A DNA stretch of 64,000 nt from an uncultured delta proteobacterium. Lineage in GTDB: Bacteria; Desulfobacterota; Desulfobacteria; Desulfobacterales; Desulfosalsimonadaceae. Within the stretch, counting starts at the first letter, position 1. Each line of letters begins with the position of its first letter. Made by a program: the position numbers and the translations under genes. Below, in pieces: positions 10,122 to 21,015 of the stretch. The stretch is taken from assembly GCA_963826785.1 (NCBI GenBank), contig CAWGYD010000001.1, positions 736,001 to 800,000 on the forward strand, in the 5' to 3' direction. A model generated the notes under the pieces. The model saw only the letters and a program-made list of their open reading frames with translations. It was not told where the DNA came from and ran no database searches.

Positions 10122-11361
10122 TCAACCCGTTTTTTTTTCTTTCAGGCGGATAATCACCGGCACCCCCGCGGTTTCGCACAGGCTGTCTGCCGCCCGATGA
10201 ATCAGCCGTTCCAATCCTTTTATTTCATCTGAAAATATCTGGTCGGAAACCGGAATCCACACTTCCAGGCAGCTGCGGTCATCCTGGCGGATGATGCCGC
10301 AGCGGGCGGTTTCCGGATCAATGCCGAGCAGCTGGCGCAGGCTGCTCCGGATCTGCTGCTCATGGACATTGACGCCGTCAATTGTGAACATGTCATCCGT
10401 CCGCTCCCCCGCCCATTCGATCCGGGCCAGGTCCCTGCCGCAGGGACAGGGTTGATCCATCCGCCGGGCCCGGTCTCCTGTTTTAAATCGTATCAGGGGA
10501 AAGGCACGTGTGGTCAGGGAGGTCAGGACCAGTTGGCCCCATTGTCCTTCCGGCAGGACATCTCCGGTGCCGGGATCGACGATTTCGGCCAGGAAATGGT
10601 CCTCATGGATGTGGAGCCCCCTGTGGTGTTCGCACTCGAATGCGATGGCCGGCCCGGGCACCTCTGAAAGTCCGTAGTGCATCCACACGGAAACCCGGAA
10701 CTGCGCTTCCATCATTTCGCGCGTCTGTTCATCTATGGCCTCTCCGGCAAGAATCAGGGTTTTTAAATGAAGCATGTCGAGATCCATCCGGTTTGCGCTG
10801 ATGTGCTCCAGGAGATGGCGTGCGGAGGCCGGGGTGGTGACCAGGACGGAGGTCTTGTAGTCCCGCAGGACCATCAGTTTTTTTTCTGTGGAAAGGGGGG
10901 TATTGGGGATGACGCCGGCTTCAATGCGTTCGGCCCCGTCCTTGTAGTCCCGGCCCCAGTTGGCCAGCCCGGGATTGAAGCTGATCTGCAGGATGTCATG
11001 GGGGGTGACGTTGGCGGCGGTGAGCGACCGGGCCAGGATCGATTTCCATGAAGAAAGGTCCTGCAGGGTGTACCCGCTGACGGTGGGATTGCGGGTGGTC
11101 CCGGGGGCGGTGTGGATGCGCACGATATCCCGCAGGGGAACGGCAAACAGGTCATAGGGGTAATTTTCGCTTAAGTGTTCCCGTTCCATGAAGGGGAGGG
11201 AGGCGATGTCGGACAGGTGCTCGATCCCGGAGGGGTCGATGCGCATTTCCATCAACCGATGCTGATGAAACGGGACATTGCGGTAGGCCCGGTTCAGGGT
11301 GCTCTGCAGCCGCTCCAGCTGCAGCTGCTGTTTTTCCTCCAGGTCCAGATCTAAAAAACCG

Positions 11362-11375
<14 letters not shown>
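10122..11375 (-). CDS. Phenylacetate-CoA ligase family protein (divergent paralog)
   Basis: Colinear with the PaaK at 16710 (YPYDLFAVP, YGLSE, FPLIRFKTGD) but with an altered P-loop HTAPGTT. Confidence 0.85.
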
Positions 11376-12102
<727 letters not shown>

Positions 12103-12110
12103 GGCTTAAG

Positions 12111-12884
12111 CTATTTTTTCGTTCCCAGATATGCCGCCATCACGGCCTCATTTTCCTGAATTTGCCGGGGCGGACCTTCCGCGATCTTTTTTCCCTGGTC
12201 CAGGACGACGATGGTGTCTGAAATATCCATGGTCAGGCTCATGTCATGCTCCACCAGCAGGATGGTCACGCCGCTTTCGCGGATTTTTCGGATCAGGCCG
12301 CCCAGTTTCCGGGTTTCCACCATGTTCAGCCCGGCGGCCGGTTCGTCCAGCAGCAGCAGTTCGGGCTTCGATGCCATGGCACGGGCAACCTCCAGAAGCC
12401 GCTGCCAGCCGAAGGGAAGATCGCCGCTTCTTTTATCGGCGTGGTCGGCCAGTCCGACAAAGTCCAGGTATTCGAGCGCTTTTTTCCGGGACCGGCGTTC
12501 CTCCCGGGCCACACCGGGGGGGCGCAGGATGCTTCCCCACATGCCGCAGCGGGTTTTCGTATGCTGGCCCACCAGGACGTTTTCCAGCACGGTCATGCTT
12601 TCAAACAGCTCCACGTTCTGGAAGGTCCTGGCGATGCCCAGCACAACCAGTTCATAGACTTTTTTCCGGTTGATGAGCAGTCCGTTTAAATGAATGGTGC
12701 CCTGATCAACCGGGAAGATGCCGGTAATCAGGTTAAACAGGGTGGTTTTGCCCGCACCGTTGGGGCCGATCAGCCCGGTAACGGAACCCCGGGCAATTGC
12801 AAAACTGACATCCGTCAGCGCGGCAACCCCGCCAAATGATTTGCTGACACGGCCGACGTTTAGAATTTGCGCATCAGGCGGCAT
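12111..12884 (-). CDS. livG: Branched-chain-amino-acid-type ABC transporter ATP-binding protein
   Basis: GPNGAGKTT, ARTFQN, LLLDEPAAG and VEHDM. Confidence 0.92.
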   Translation of the reverse strand: MPPDAQILNVGRVSKSFGGVAALTDVSFAIARGSVTGLIGPNGAGKTTLFNLITGIFPVDQGTIHLNGLLINRKKVYELVVLGIARTFQNVELFESMTVLENVLVGQHTKTRCGMWGSILRPPGVAREERRSRKKALEYLDFVGLADHADKRSGDLPFGWQRLLEVARAMASKPELLLLDEPAAGLNMVETRKLGGLIRKIRESGVTILLVEHDMSLTMDISDTIVVLDQGKKIAEGPPRQIQENEAVMAAYLGTKK

Positions 12885-13836
12885 GCTTTTTCACCATCCG
12901 TTCGAAAAGGTCTATGATGCCCCGGAAGAGCCCCCGGGGCATGAAAATCATCACCACCATGAGGATCAGTCCGTAGACCACCATTTCAAATTCGGAGAAC
13001 GCATGGAGCCACTCCGGCAGCAGCGTCAGAAGGGATGCGCCTAAAATCGCCCCCCAGATGCTGGCCATGCCGCCGATAACCACCATGGTGACGATGCGGA
13101 TCGAAGAGAGAAACCCGAAAGTCCCCGGGCTGATGAAGTAGACCAGGTGGGCATAGAGAAAGCCGGCCAGGGCGCTGATGGCGGCGCTGAGCACAAATAT
13201 CTGGAGTTTGAGCTGCTGGGTGTTGACGCCGACTGCGGCCGCCGCGGATTCCCCGTCATGGATGGACCGCAGCGCACGTCCCACGCGCGAATTGATGATG
13301 CGCCGGCACATGATGATGTTGAGCAGAACACATCCCCACACCAGGTAGAGGTAATTTCGAGCCGACACGAAGGAGATCGGCCCCAGTTCCAGCGGGGGGA
13401 TGCCCACGAATCCGGACGCCCCTCCGGTAACGCTGCTCCACTCCCTGAAGGCGATATTGACGATCATGCCGAAGCCGAGCGTCCCCATTCCCAGGTAGTA
13501 GCCGGACAGCTTCAGCGTGGGGATGCCGACGATGCAGGCGACCAGCATGGCCGCCAGGATGCAGGCGGGCAGCGCCAGCCAGGGGGATATGCTGTAGTGC
13601 ACCGTCAGGATGGCCGTGACATAGGCGCCGATACCATAGAAGGCGGCATGCCCCAGGGAGATCTGGCCGGCGTACCCCATGAGCATGTTGAGCGCAAGTG
13701 CCAGCAGGGTATTGATCCCGATGAAGATCAGCAACTGGATATTGTACAGATTGTCGACGAACGTACCGGTCAGCACGACAGCGAGAATAAACAGCCCGTA
13801 TCCGATCCGGATTGGCCAAACGGAATCATTTACCAA
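12874..13836 (-). CDS. livM: HAAT ABC transporter permease
   Basis: GYAGQISLGHAAFYGIGAY and VVIGGMASIWG. Confidence 0.9.
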   Translation of the reverse strand: MVNDSVWPIRIGYGLFILAVVLTGTFVDNLYNIQLLIFIGINTLLALALNMLMGYAGQISLGHAAFYGIGAYVTAILTVHYSISPWLALPACILAAMLVACIVGIPTLKLSGYYLGMGTLGFGMIVNIAFREWSSVTGGASGFVGIPPLELGPISFVSARNYLYLVWGCVLLNIIMCRRIINSRVGRALRSIHDGESAAAAVGVNTQQLKLQIFVLSAAISALAGFLYAHLVYFISPGTFGFLSSIRIVTMVVIGGMASIWGAILGASLLTLLPEWLHAFSEFEMVVYGLILMVVMIFMPRGLFRGIIDLFERMVKKHAA

Positions 13837-13854
13837 GTGCGGGGCATCCTTAAA

Positions 13855-14730
13855 TTAAAACCGGTTGACATTGGCAGAACTGATCAGTCCGCCGGGGCGG
13901 ACGTACAGGATCAGCAGCAGGAGCAGAAAGGCCGTGGCGTCCTTTAATCCCGAAGAAACCAGACCGACGCCCATGGCCTCTAAAATGCCCAGCAGAAAAC
14001 CGCCCAGCAGGGATCCCCACAGGCTGCCCAGCCCACCCAGCATGGCCGCACAAAATCCTTTGAGGCCCAGCATGGTTCCCATGTCATAGCTGGACATGGT
14101 GATGGGCGCGATGATCACCCCGGCCAGTCCCCCCAGACCGGTACTCAGGCCGAACGCGAACAGAACCATCAGTTTAGCGGGGATGCCCACGATCCATGCG
14201 GCCCGCCGGCTGATGGCGGTTGCGGTCATGGCCTTTCCGGTCAGGGTCTTTTTGAAAAACAGGTGCAGGCCGGCCGTGACGCAAAAGACGATGACCAGGA
14301 TCCAGATGCTCTGGGCCAGCAGCTTGGCGCCGGCCACATCGACGGGGGGGTGGGCGGAAAAAGGGGGGATGGTATGGGCGTCCTTTCCCCAGACCAGCAT
14401 TCCGATTCCCCGCAGAAAGATGGAGGCCCCCACCGTAATGATGATCAAGACGATGGGCTGGGGCTCTGCCACGGTCCGGATGGCCAGCCGCTCAAACACC
14501 AGCCCGGCCGCCCCCACCCCCAGTACGGTGATGAGAAGGGCGGCCGGGACCGGGAATTTAAACGCGCTGGTCAGGGTCACCATGGAAAGCGCCCCCAGCA
14601 TGACGAATTCGCCGTGGGCGAAATTGATCAGCTCGGTGGAGCGGTACAGCATGGAAAACCCGATGGCGATGACCGCGTAAATGGCGCCATTGGTGATTCC
14701 GGAAAAAAAATACTGGAGAAGTTCCTGCAT
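13855..14730 (-). CDS. livH: HAAT ABC transporter permease
   Basis: INFAHGEF and KGFCAAMLGGLGS. Confidence 0.9.
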   Translation of the reverse strand: MQELLQYFFSGITNGAIYAVIAIGFSMLYRSTELINFAHGEFVMLGALSMVTLTSAFKFPVPAALLITVLGVGAAGLVFERLAIRTVAEPQPIVLIIITVGASIFLRGIGMLVWGKDAHTIPPFSAHPPVDVAGAKLLAQSIWILVIVFCVTAGLHLFFKKTLTGKAMTATAISRRAAWIVGIPAKLMVLFAFGLSTGLGGLAGVIIAPITMSSYDMGTMLGLKGFCAAMLGGLGSLWGSLLGGFLLGILEAMGVGLVSSGLKDATAFLLLLLILYVRPGGLISSANVNRF

Positions 14731-14815
14731 ACGTATCCGACAGATGGCTTTGATAAAACAGGTTATGGTCGCCGATCTATCCCAAAATCATGTCAAATTC
14801 CGGGAATAGGGGAAA

Positions 14816-14888
14816 TGGAATAATGGAATGTTGGAATCATGGGCGGTGAAAGTCGAATCCGTCCCAAGCCCATCATTCCATTATTCCA
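14816..14888. repeat. REP-like imperfect inverted repeat built from 8-bp TGGAATNN units
   Basis: Left arm TGGAATAA-TGGAATGT-TGGAATCA-TGGGC; right arm GCCCATCA-TTCCATTA-TTCCA; lies between livK and livH. Confidence 0.7.
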
Positions 14889-14943
14889 AATATTTTAGTC
14901 AAGCCAAATATGACAAGATCAACTGCACTTTGGGGTATCTGGG

Positions 14944-16113
14944 TTATTCCACGAGTTCCCATGTGCCGTTTTTGATTCTGACCATCACGAAGGCATCCGG
15001 GCCCAGACCGTTGTGCTCTGTCTTGCTGAAATTGAAGATGCCGCTGATCCCCACGTGATGATTGATGCTTTCCAGGCCGTCGCGGATTTTCTGCTTGTCG
15101 CCGTTGCTCCCCTTCAGTGCTTTGGCCAGCAGATGGACTCCGTCATAGGCATATCCGCCGAAGCCTGAAACCGGGGTGTTGAATTTCTTTTCATAAGCGG
15201 AGATGTAATCGATGAGCACCTTCTTCTGGGGATCGCTGTCGGGCAGAAGATCGGCGACCAGGATCTTGCCGGTGGGCAGCAGGATGCCCTCGGCCGCGTC
15301 TCCGGCCAGTTCGATGAATTTCGGGGAGGCCACGCCGTGACTCTGATAGAGGGGGATCTTGATGTCGAGCTGCTGGGCGTTTTTGGCCACCACGGCCGGA
15401 CCGGGATTGGTCCCCCAGCAGACGATGGCATCCGGATTCTGCTGCCGCAGCTTGGTCAGCTGGGCGGTCATGTCCGTGTCGCTGGCGCCGAAGGTCACTT
15501 TTTCAGCGATGTTCAGCCCGAAGTCCGGGGCCTGCTTGATCAGTTGCTCACGGCCGCTTTCACCAAACGCATTTTCCACGGTGATGATGCCGACATTTTT
15601 GATGCCGGCAGACTTCATGTGGTTGTAAATAGCGGATACCGCCAGGATGTCGCTCTGGGCGGTTTTGAACACCCAGGGGTTCACCGGTTCAACGATCTTG
15701 TTGCCGGCCGCGCAGCTGACGAAGGGGATCTGGGCTCTTTCCACCATGGGTTTGACCGCAAGGGTGGTGGGGGTCAGGCTGGGGCCCACGATGGCGATGA
15801 CGCCGTCCTTGTTGATGAGCTTGCCCGCATTCAAATTGGCCTTGGCCGGATCCCCCTCGGTATCATAAATCACCGCCTCCAGCATGTGCCCGTCCACACC
15901 CCCGGCCTTATTGATTTCATCGACGGCCATTTCCATTGATTTTTTTTCCGGGTCGCCCAGAAATGAGGCCGGCCCGGTTACGGCAAAGATCCCGCCGATC
16001 ACATAGGGTTTTTTGTCGGATTCGGCGCCGGCAAAGGACACCAGCAGCATGCACAGGGCCGCGGCCAGACAGACGGCCGTCAGGAGCGGACGTAAACGGG
16101 TGTTTGAAATCAT
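14944..16113 (-). CDS. HAAT ABC transporter substrate-binding protein (LivK-like)
   Basis: Signal peptide, TGPASFLG, EINKAGGVDG and GYAYDG. Confidence 0.9.
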   Translation of the reverse strand: MISNTRLRPLLTAVCLAAALCMLLVSFAGAESDKKPYVIGGIFAVTGPASFLGDPEKKSMEMAVDEINKAGGVDGHMLEAVIYDTEGDPAKANLNAGKLINKDGVIAIVGPSLTPTTLAVKPMVERAQIPFVSCAAGNKIVEPVNPWVFKTAQSDILAVSAIYNHMKSAGIKNVGIITVENAFGESGREQLIKQAPDFGLNIAEKVTFGASDTDMTAQLTKLRQQNPDAIVCWGTNPGPAVVAKNAQQLDIKIPLYQSHGVASPKFIELAGDAAEGILLPTGKILVADLLPDSDPQKKVLIDYISAYEKKFNTPVSGFGGYAYDGVHLLAKALKGSNGDKQKIRDGLESINHHVGISGIFNFSKTEHNGLGPDAFVMVRIKNGTWELVE

Positions 16114-16209
16114 GGCTTTTCTCCTTTTAAGGAAAGTTCATGGTCTGTTTATGCGATCGGCCCCAGCGGCCGTAATCGAACTTGTGCGGCCCTGCGGGCC
16201 GATGTTTCG

Positions 16210-16641
16210 CTACAACGTATACAGGTTGGCGCCGTTGATCACGGATATGTTGTTGGCGGACAACACGCGGATGGCCTCGTCGGTCTGGTCGAACCTGAAG
16301 ATCATGATGGCGTTGTCCCCGCTCTGCCGGACAAACGCGTACATATATTCGACATTGATCCCGGAATTTTTGAGGGTTTCCAGAATGTTGTGGAGCCCGC
16401 CGGGGCGGTCGCTGACTTCGACGGCCACCACCTTGGTTTTTCCCACGGTAAAGCCTTCCTTCTTCAGGGCGGCTTCGGCCCTGGCATTGTCATCGACGAT
16501 CAGCCGGAGCACCCCGAAATCGGAAGTGTCCGCAAGCGCCAGTGCCCGGATGTTCACGCCGGCCTGCGCAAGAATGCCGGTGACTTCGGACAGGCGCCCG
16601 GCCCTGTTTTCGAGAAAAATGGAGATTTGTTCCGCTTGCAT
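16210..16641 (-). CDS. Double ACT-domain protein (PaaK-associated)
   Basis: QISIFLENRAGRL, DRPGGL and INVEYMYAF. Confidence 0.88.
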   Translation of the reverse strand: MQAEQISIFLENRAGRLSEVTGILAQAGVNIRALALADTSDFGVLRLIVDDNARAEAALKKEGFTVGKTKVVAVEVSDRPGGLHNILETLKNSGINVEYMYAFVRQSGDNAIMIFRFDQTDEAIRVLSANNISVINGANLYTL

Positions 16642-16709
16642 GAATCCCTCCTTGGCTGAAAAATTCTGTGATGGCCTGCGGCCGCTTGCTTCATACAAAA
16701 GGTGCCACG

Positions 16710-18011
16710 TCAGATCTTGCGATTATCGATCACCCGGGCGGCTTTCCCTTCGCTTCGGGCGATGGTCTTGGGTTCAACCAGTTTGATTCTGGCGGAGACG
16801 CCCAGGGTTTCCTTGATGTCATACTCGATGCGCTTCTCGAAATCCTGCAGTTTCTTGACTTCGTCCGAGAACAGATGTTCCCCCACCTCCACCCGCACGG
16901 TGAGCGTGTCGAGATTGTCATGGCGGTCCACGATAATCTGGTAATGGGGTTCCACTCCCTCGATCTGCATGAGCACGGATTCAATCTGGGACGGAAAGAC
17001 ATTGACCCCCCGGATGATGAGCATGTCATCGGTGCGGCCGCTGACCTTGTCCATCCGGACCAGGGTCCTGCCGCAGACACAGGGCTCCGGATTGAGGACG
17101 GTAATGTCCCGGGTGCGGTAGCGGATCACCGGGAATGCCTCCTTGGTCAGAGAGGTGATCACCAGTTCCCCCTTTTCACCATAGGGGAGGGGGGTTCCGG
17201 TAACCGGATCGATAATCTCCGGCAGAAAATGATCCTCGAACATGTGCAGACCCCGTTTGGCCTCATGGCATTCCACGGAGACGCCCGGGCCGATCACTTC
17301 GCTGAGCCCGTAGATATCGATGGCATTCATGTGAAGCTTGCGTTCGATCTCCGCACGCATATCCTCGGACCAGGGTTCGGCCCCGAAAATGCCGCACTTG
17401 AATTTCAGGTCCGCAAAGGAAACCCCCATCTCATCGGCCGCTTCGGCCAGGTGGAGGGAATAGGAGGGCGTGGCGGTGAGCACGGTGGGGCCGAAATCCT
17501 TCATGATGATCACCTGGCGCTTGGTATTGCCGCCGGACACGGGAATGACCGAGGCGCCGAGTCTTTCAGCGCCGTAATGCACCCCTAGTCCGCCGGTGAA
17601 CAGCCCGTAGCCATAGGCATTGTGGATGATATCCCCCCGGGTTGCGCCGCCCGAGGAAAGGGCCCTTGCCATGAGCTCGGCCCAGGTATTGATGTCGCGG
17701 GCCGTGTAGCCCACCACCGTCGGCTGCCCGGTGGTGCCGGAGGAAGCATGGATGCGGACCACGTTGTCCATGGGAACGGCGAACATGCCATAGGGGTAGT
17801 TGTCTCTCAGGTCCTGCTTGGTGGTGAAGGGGACGCTTTTAAGATCGCCCAGGGTCCGGATGTCGCCTGGACGGATGCCCCCCTTTTCGAACTGCTTCCG
17901 ATAGAAGGGCACGGTGGCGTAAACCCGGGACAAAGTCGCCTGCAGGCGCTTTAATTGTATGGCCTCAAGGGCTTCCCTGGGCATGGTTTCGTATTCGAGA
18001 TTGAAAATCAT
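16710..18011 (-). CDS. paaK: Phenylacetate-CoA ligase
   Basis: [27 protein letters not shown] and [16 protein letters not shown]. Confidence 0.93.
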   Translation of the reverse strand: MIFNLEYETMPREALEAIQLKRLQATLSRVYATVPFYRKQFEKGGIRPGDIRTLGDLKSVPFTTKQDLRDNYPYGMFAVPMDNVVRIHASSGTTGQPTVVGYTARDINTWAELMARALSSGGATRGDIIHNAYGYGLFTGGLGVHYGAERLGASVIPVSGGNTKRQVIIMKDFGPTVLTATPSYSLHLAEAADEMGVSFADLKFKCGIFGAEPWSEDMRAEIERKLHMNAIDIYGLSEVIGPGVSVECHEAKRGLHMFEDHFLPEIIDPVTGTPLPYGEKGELVITSLTKEAFPVIRYRTRDITVLNPEPCVCGRTLVRMDKVSGRTDDMLIIRGVNVFPSQIESVLMQIEGVEPHYQIIVDRHDNLDTLTVRVEVGEHLFSDEVKKLQDFEKRIEYDIKETLGVSARIKLVEPKTIARSEGKAARVIDNRKI

Positions 18012-18047
18012 GGCACATTTCCTCCTGTTCTGCGGTCAATTCGCACC

Positions 18048-18087
18048 AAAAAAAGGGCCGTGCGGTCATATCGACCCCACGGCCCTT
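18048..18087 (-). terminator. Intrinsic terminator (attenuator) in the paaK leader
   Basis: Minus strand reads AGGGCCGTGGGGTC-GATAT-GACCGCACGGCCC followed by T7. Confidence 0.85.
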
Positions 18088-18178
18088 GAAAAATGCAACC
18101 ATGGGGCGCAATTGAGCCGTCTCCCCATGGGTATAATCAGAAAATCCTTCTTTGTTCTAAATCCGATCCATGGGAAGA

Positions 18179-18235
18179 CTATTGAAAAAAGAAACCGTTC
18201 CCGGAGATCGAAAATCCCGTGTTCATCCGATTCAT
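18179..18235 (-). CDS. Phe-rich attenuation leader peptide MNRMNTGFSISGNGFFFQ
   Basis: 18 codons with 4 Phe (three in tandem) just before alternative hairpins and a terminator. TTGACA lies upstream at 18306-18301. Confidence 0.75.
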   Translation of the reverse strand: MNRMNTGFSISGNGFFFQ

Positions 18236-18460
18236 CTGCTTAGTATCGCCATAGAATGATTCATTAAAGTTTTTATGGCATAAACCGTAACGCGCTTGTC
18301 TGTCAAGAAAAAAAACATTATGCGTTGCCCTTCAAACCCTCATCCAAAGACTGCCGGGAGGGCTGCAGGCCGCTTCGGATGCGCAAACACGGGCGGTATA
18401 ATGCGCTTTTTCCCCGGCCTGCTTCGTGACGCTGTACTATCCGGAATTTCTAATCCATTT

Positions 18461-19252
18461 CTATCCGTTTAGCTTTCCTTTGAATTCGGGCTTCCTTTTT
18501 TCCAGAAAGGCGCTGGTGCCTTCCCTGGCGTCTTCACTGGCCATGCACAGGGAAAAAGCGTCAATTTCCATGTCACAGGCCGTTTTTAGATCAACATTCA
18601 GTCCATTGTTGATGGCCTGCTTTGCCGCATTGAGAGAGACCCGGCCCTTGGCGGCGATGGTTTGGGCCGTTTTGACCGATTCGGCCATCAACTGGTCGGG
18701 CGCGAAGACCTGGTTGACGATGCCTGCCCGAAAAGCCTCTTCTGCGGACAGGTGTTTACCGGTAAAGATCAGTTCTTTGGCCATATTTTTTCCTATGATC
18801 CGGGCCAGCCGCTGGGTGCCGCCGAATCCGGGAATGATCCCCAGGTTGATTTCGGGAAGGCCGAACCGGGCATTTTCCGATGCGTAGATGAAGTCGCAGG
18901 ACAGGGCCAGTTCAAGCCCGCCCCCCAGGGCAAATCCGTTGACGGCGGCAATCACCGGGATGGGCAGCTGCTGAAGCCTGTTCATGGCCCGATGGCCGTT
19001 TTGCGCAAATTGCCTGGCTTGCAGGGTGTTGAGCCGGTTGAGTTCGGTGATGTCCGCCCCGGCCACAAAGGCCTTTTCCCCCGCGCCGGTAATGATCATC
19101 ACCTTTATATCCGGGTGCTTTTCAATCTGTTCGAATGCATCATAGAGTTCTTCTATCACCTGGGTATTGAGTGCATTGAGTGATTTCGGACGGTTCACCG
19201 TAATAGTGGCAATGGATTGATCCTCAACCATCAAGATGTGTTCAAATGGCAT
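18461..19252 (-). CDS. Enoyl-CoA hydratase (crotonase family)
   Basis: AFVAGADI, GFALGGGLELAL and PEINLGIIPGFGGTQRL. Confidence 0.92.
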   Translation of the reverse strand: MPFEHILMVEDQSIATITVNRPKSLNALNTQVIEELYDAFEQIEKHPDIKVMIITGAGEKAFVAGADITELNRLNTLQARQFAQNGHRAMNRLQQLPIPVIAAVNGFALGGGLELALSCDFIYASENARFGLPEINLGIIPGFGGTQRLARIIGKNMAKELIFTGKHLSAEEAFRAGIVNQVFAPDQLMAESVKTAQTIAAKGRVSLNAAKQAINNGLNVDLKTACDMEIDAFSLCMASEDAREGTSAFLEKRKPEFKGKLNG

Positions 19253-19544
19253 GGCCGACTCCTTGTGTGATTATATCAATTGGATGAAGGACGGCAGGAT
19301 CTGCCGCCGGATTTTAAAAATCTGCCGGAAATTGAACCGACAGGCACCGTCTCATGGGATGGATGATCTCAGGCACTAAATAAATGTTCTTGCGCGATTT
19401 GTCAAACAACCGGTCCTTTTAACACTAAAATGACGCAGATAAACCCCGGATAATCGGATCGCGGCCACTTTTCATATGAGCGGCGGCCGGCTGGCGCAAA
19501 ATGGAATCGATGCTGTTCGAATCATTTCTAAATCACATTTTAAC

Positions 19545-19573
19545 TTGACACTGATGCATCTTTTAAATAATAT
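19545..19573 (+). promoter_or_regulatory. Candidate sigma-70 promoter
   Basis: TTGACA-N17-TAATAT in an AT-rich intergenic region upstream of the methyltransferase. Confidence 0.5.
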
Positions 19574-19878
19574 TATTCATTTGTACTTTTAGAAAAGTCA
19601 TTGATTTTATTGGATGTCCGAAAAGATCATCTGCTGAATGAAATACCTGATGCACGTCGGCACGATGAAACCGGAAAATCCGGTGCAATGCAAATCGCCC
19701 TGAAAAATAGCAGCACGGGGAGACCACTGGCGGATGCCGGTAATTTTCTGCTGTCATTTATTATCAGGGAGGTTATTCTTTTTAACGTATGTGTGCCCGG
19801 CGGGCAGTATACGGGTTCGAATTCTCCGAAAATTTCGTTTTTTCATTTGTTGTGCGGATACAGGACGGAGGCAGTTCA

Positions 19879-20589
19879 ATGCTGGATGAATCTTCAATAA
19901 AGACGACATACAAACGTTACGCGAAAAATTATGATCTGTTATTCGGCAAGATATTTGAGCAGGGCCGGCGGCGGGTCGTCGAAATTATGAATTGTCAGCC
20001 CGGGGAGCTGGCCCTGGATGTGGGCGTCGGAACGGGACTGGCGCTCAATTTCTACCCGCAGCACACCAGGGTGGTGGGAATCGATCTTTCCTGCCACATG
20101 CTGGAGATGGCCAAAAAGCAGGTGGCCAAAAGATGCGACGATCAGGTGTGCCTGCTGAATATGGATGCGCAGAACCTGTGTTTCCCGGACAACACTTTTG
20201 ACAAGGTGGCGGCCATGTACGTGGCTTCGGTGGTGCCGCATCCCAAGGAGATGATCGACGAGATCAAGCGCGTGTGCAAGCCGGGGGGGGATATTTTCAT
20301 CCTGAACCACTTCAGCAACCATCACTTTATCCCCAAAATCGTAGAGACCATTCTGATCCCGCTGGAACGGGTCATCGGATTCCGTCCGCGTTTTCCACTG
20401 GAGGCATTCATAGAGGAAACCCGGATTCAGGTGATCGGGACGTATCCCGTCAATCTTTTCGGGTACTGGACGCTGCTGCATGTCAAAAATTCAGGAAATG
20501 GCTCGGGGGCGAAAATAGAGCACCGTATCGGAGTCGCCGCCCCGCACGCCGAGGTGGTGGAGCAAAGAGAAAAGCGGGCCTGCCATTAA
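19879..20589 (+). CDS. Class I SAM-dependent methyltransferase, PmtA-like phospholipid N-methyltransferase
   Basis: LDVGVGTG, YDLLFG, MYVASVVP and ILNHFS. Confidence 0.78.
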   Translation: MLDESSIKTTYKRYAKNYDLLFGKIFEQGRRRVVEIMNCQPGELALDVGVGTGLALNFYPQHTRVVGIDLSCHMLEMAKKQVAKRCDDQVCLLNMDAQNLCFPDNTFDKVAAMYVASVVPHPKEMIDEIKRVCKPGGDIFILNHFSNHHFIPKIVETILIPLERVIGFRPRFPLEAFIEETRIQVIGTYPVNLFGYWTLLHVKNSGNGSGAKIEHRIGVAAPHAEVVEQREKRACH

Positions 20590-20726
20590 ATTCGGCAGCA
20601 ACGAGGCGGAGGGCGGGCCGGGATCAAAAAAGGATGCCGGCCTGCCCCTTATGGGCCTTCCGGCGGATTTTTCCCGGTGAAAAGTCAAAAATGATTTCGA
20701 TACGCATCGATTTCACTTTTGGATTT

Positions 20727-20803
<77 letters not shown>

Positions 20804-21015
20804 TTTTAAAAAGAAAAAGGTAGTTAGCATGCTTTCTGTTCTTTGTCCATTATAAATATGGTATAAGGGTAAGTCAGGTTGCAAATTTTACCATCAATGA
20901 AGGTTTGTCCCAAAGGGATTAAGGCCTTATGTTTTTTAAAATGGTCCGTTAGGGCGCCTGCAGGCATCCTGGCCCGCTGACCGTGGTAAAAGCACGAAAA
21001 CAGACGATCGGTATT

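Noticed and set aside
19660..19740. c-di-GMP-I riboswitch-like GAAA hairpin before the methyltransferase
   Set aside because: It lacks the conserved GGCAAAC/GACGCAAAG core and the second stem.
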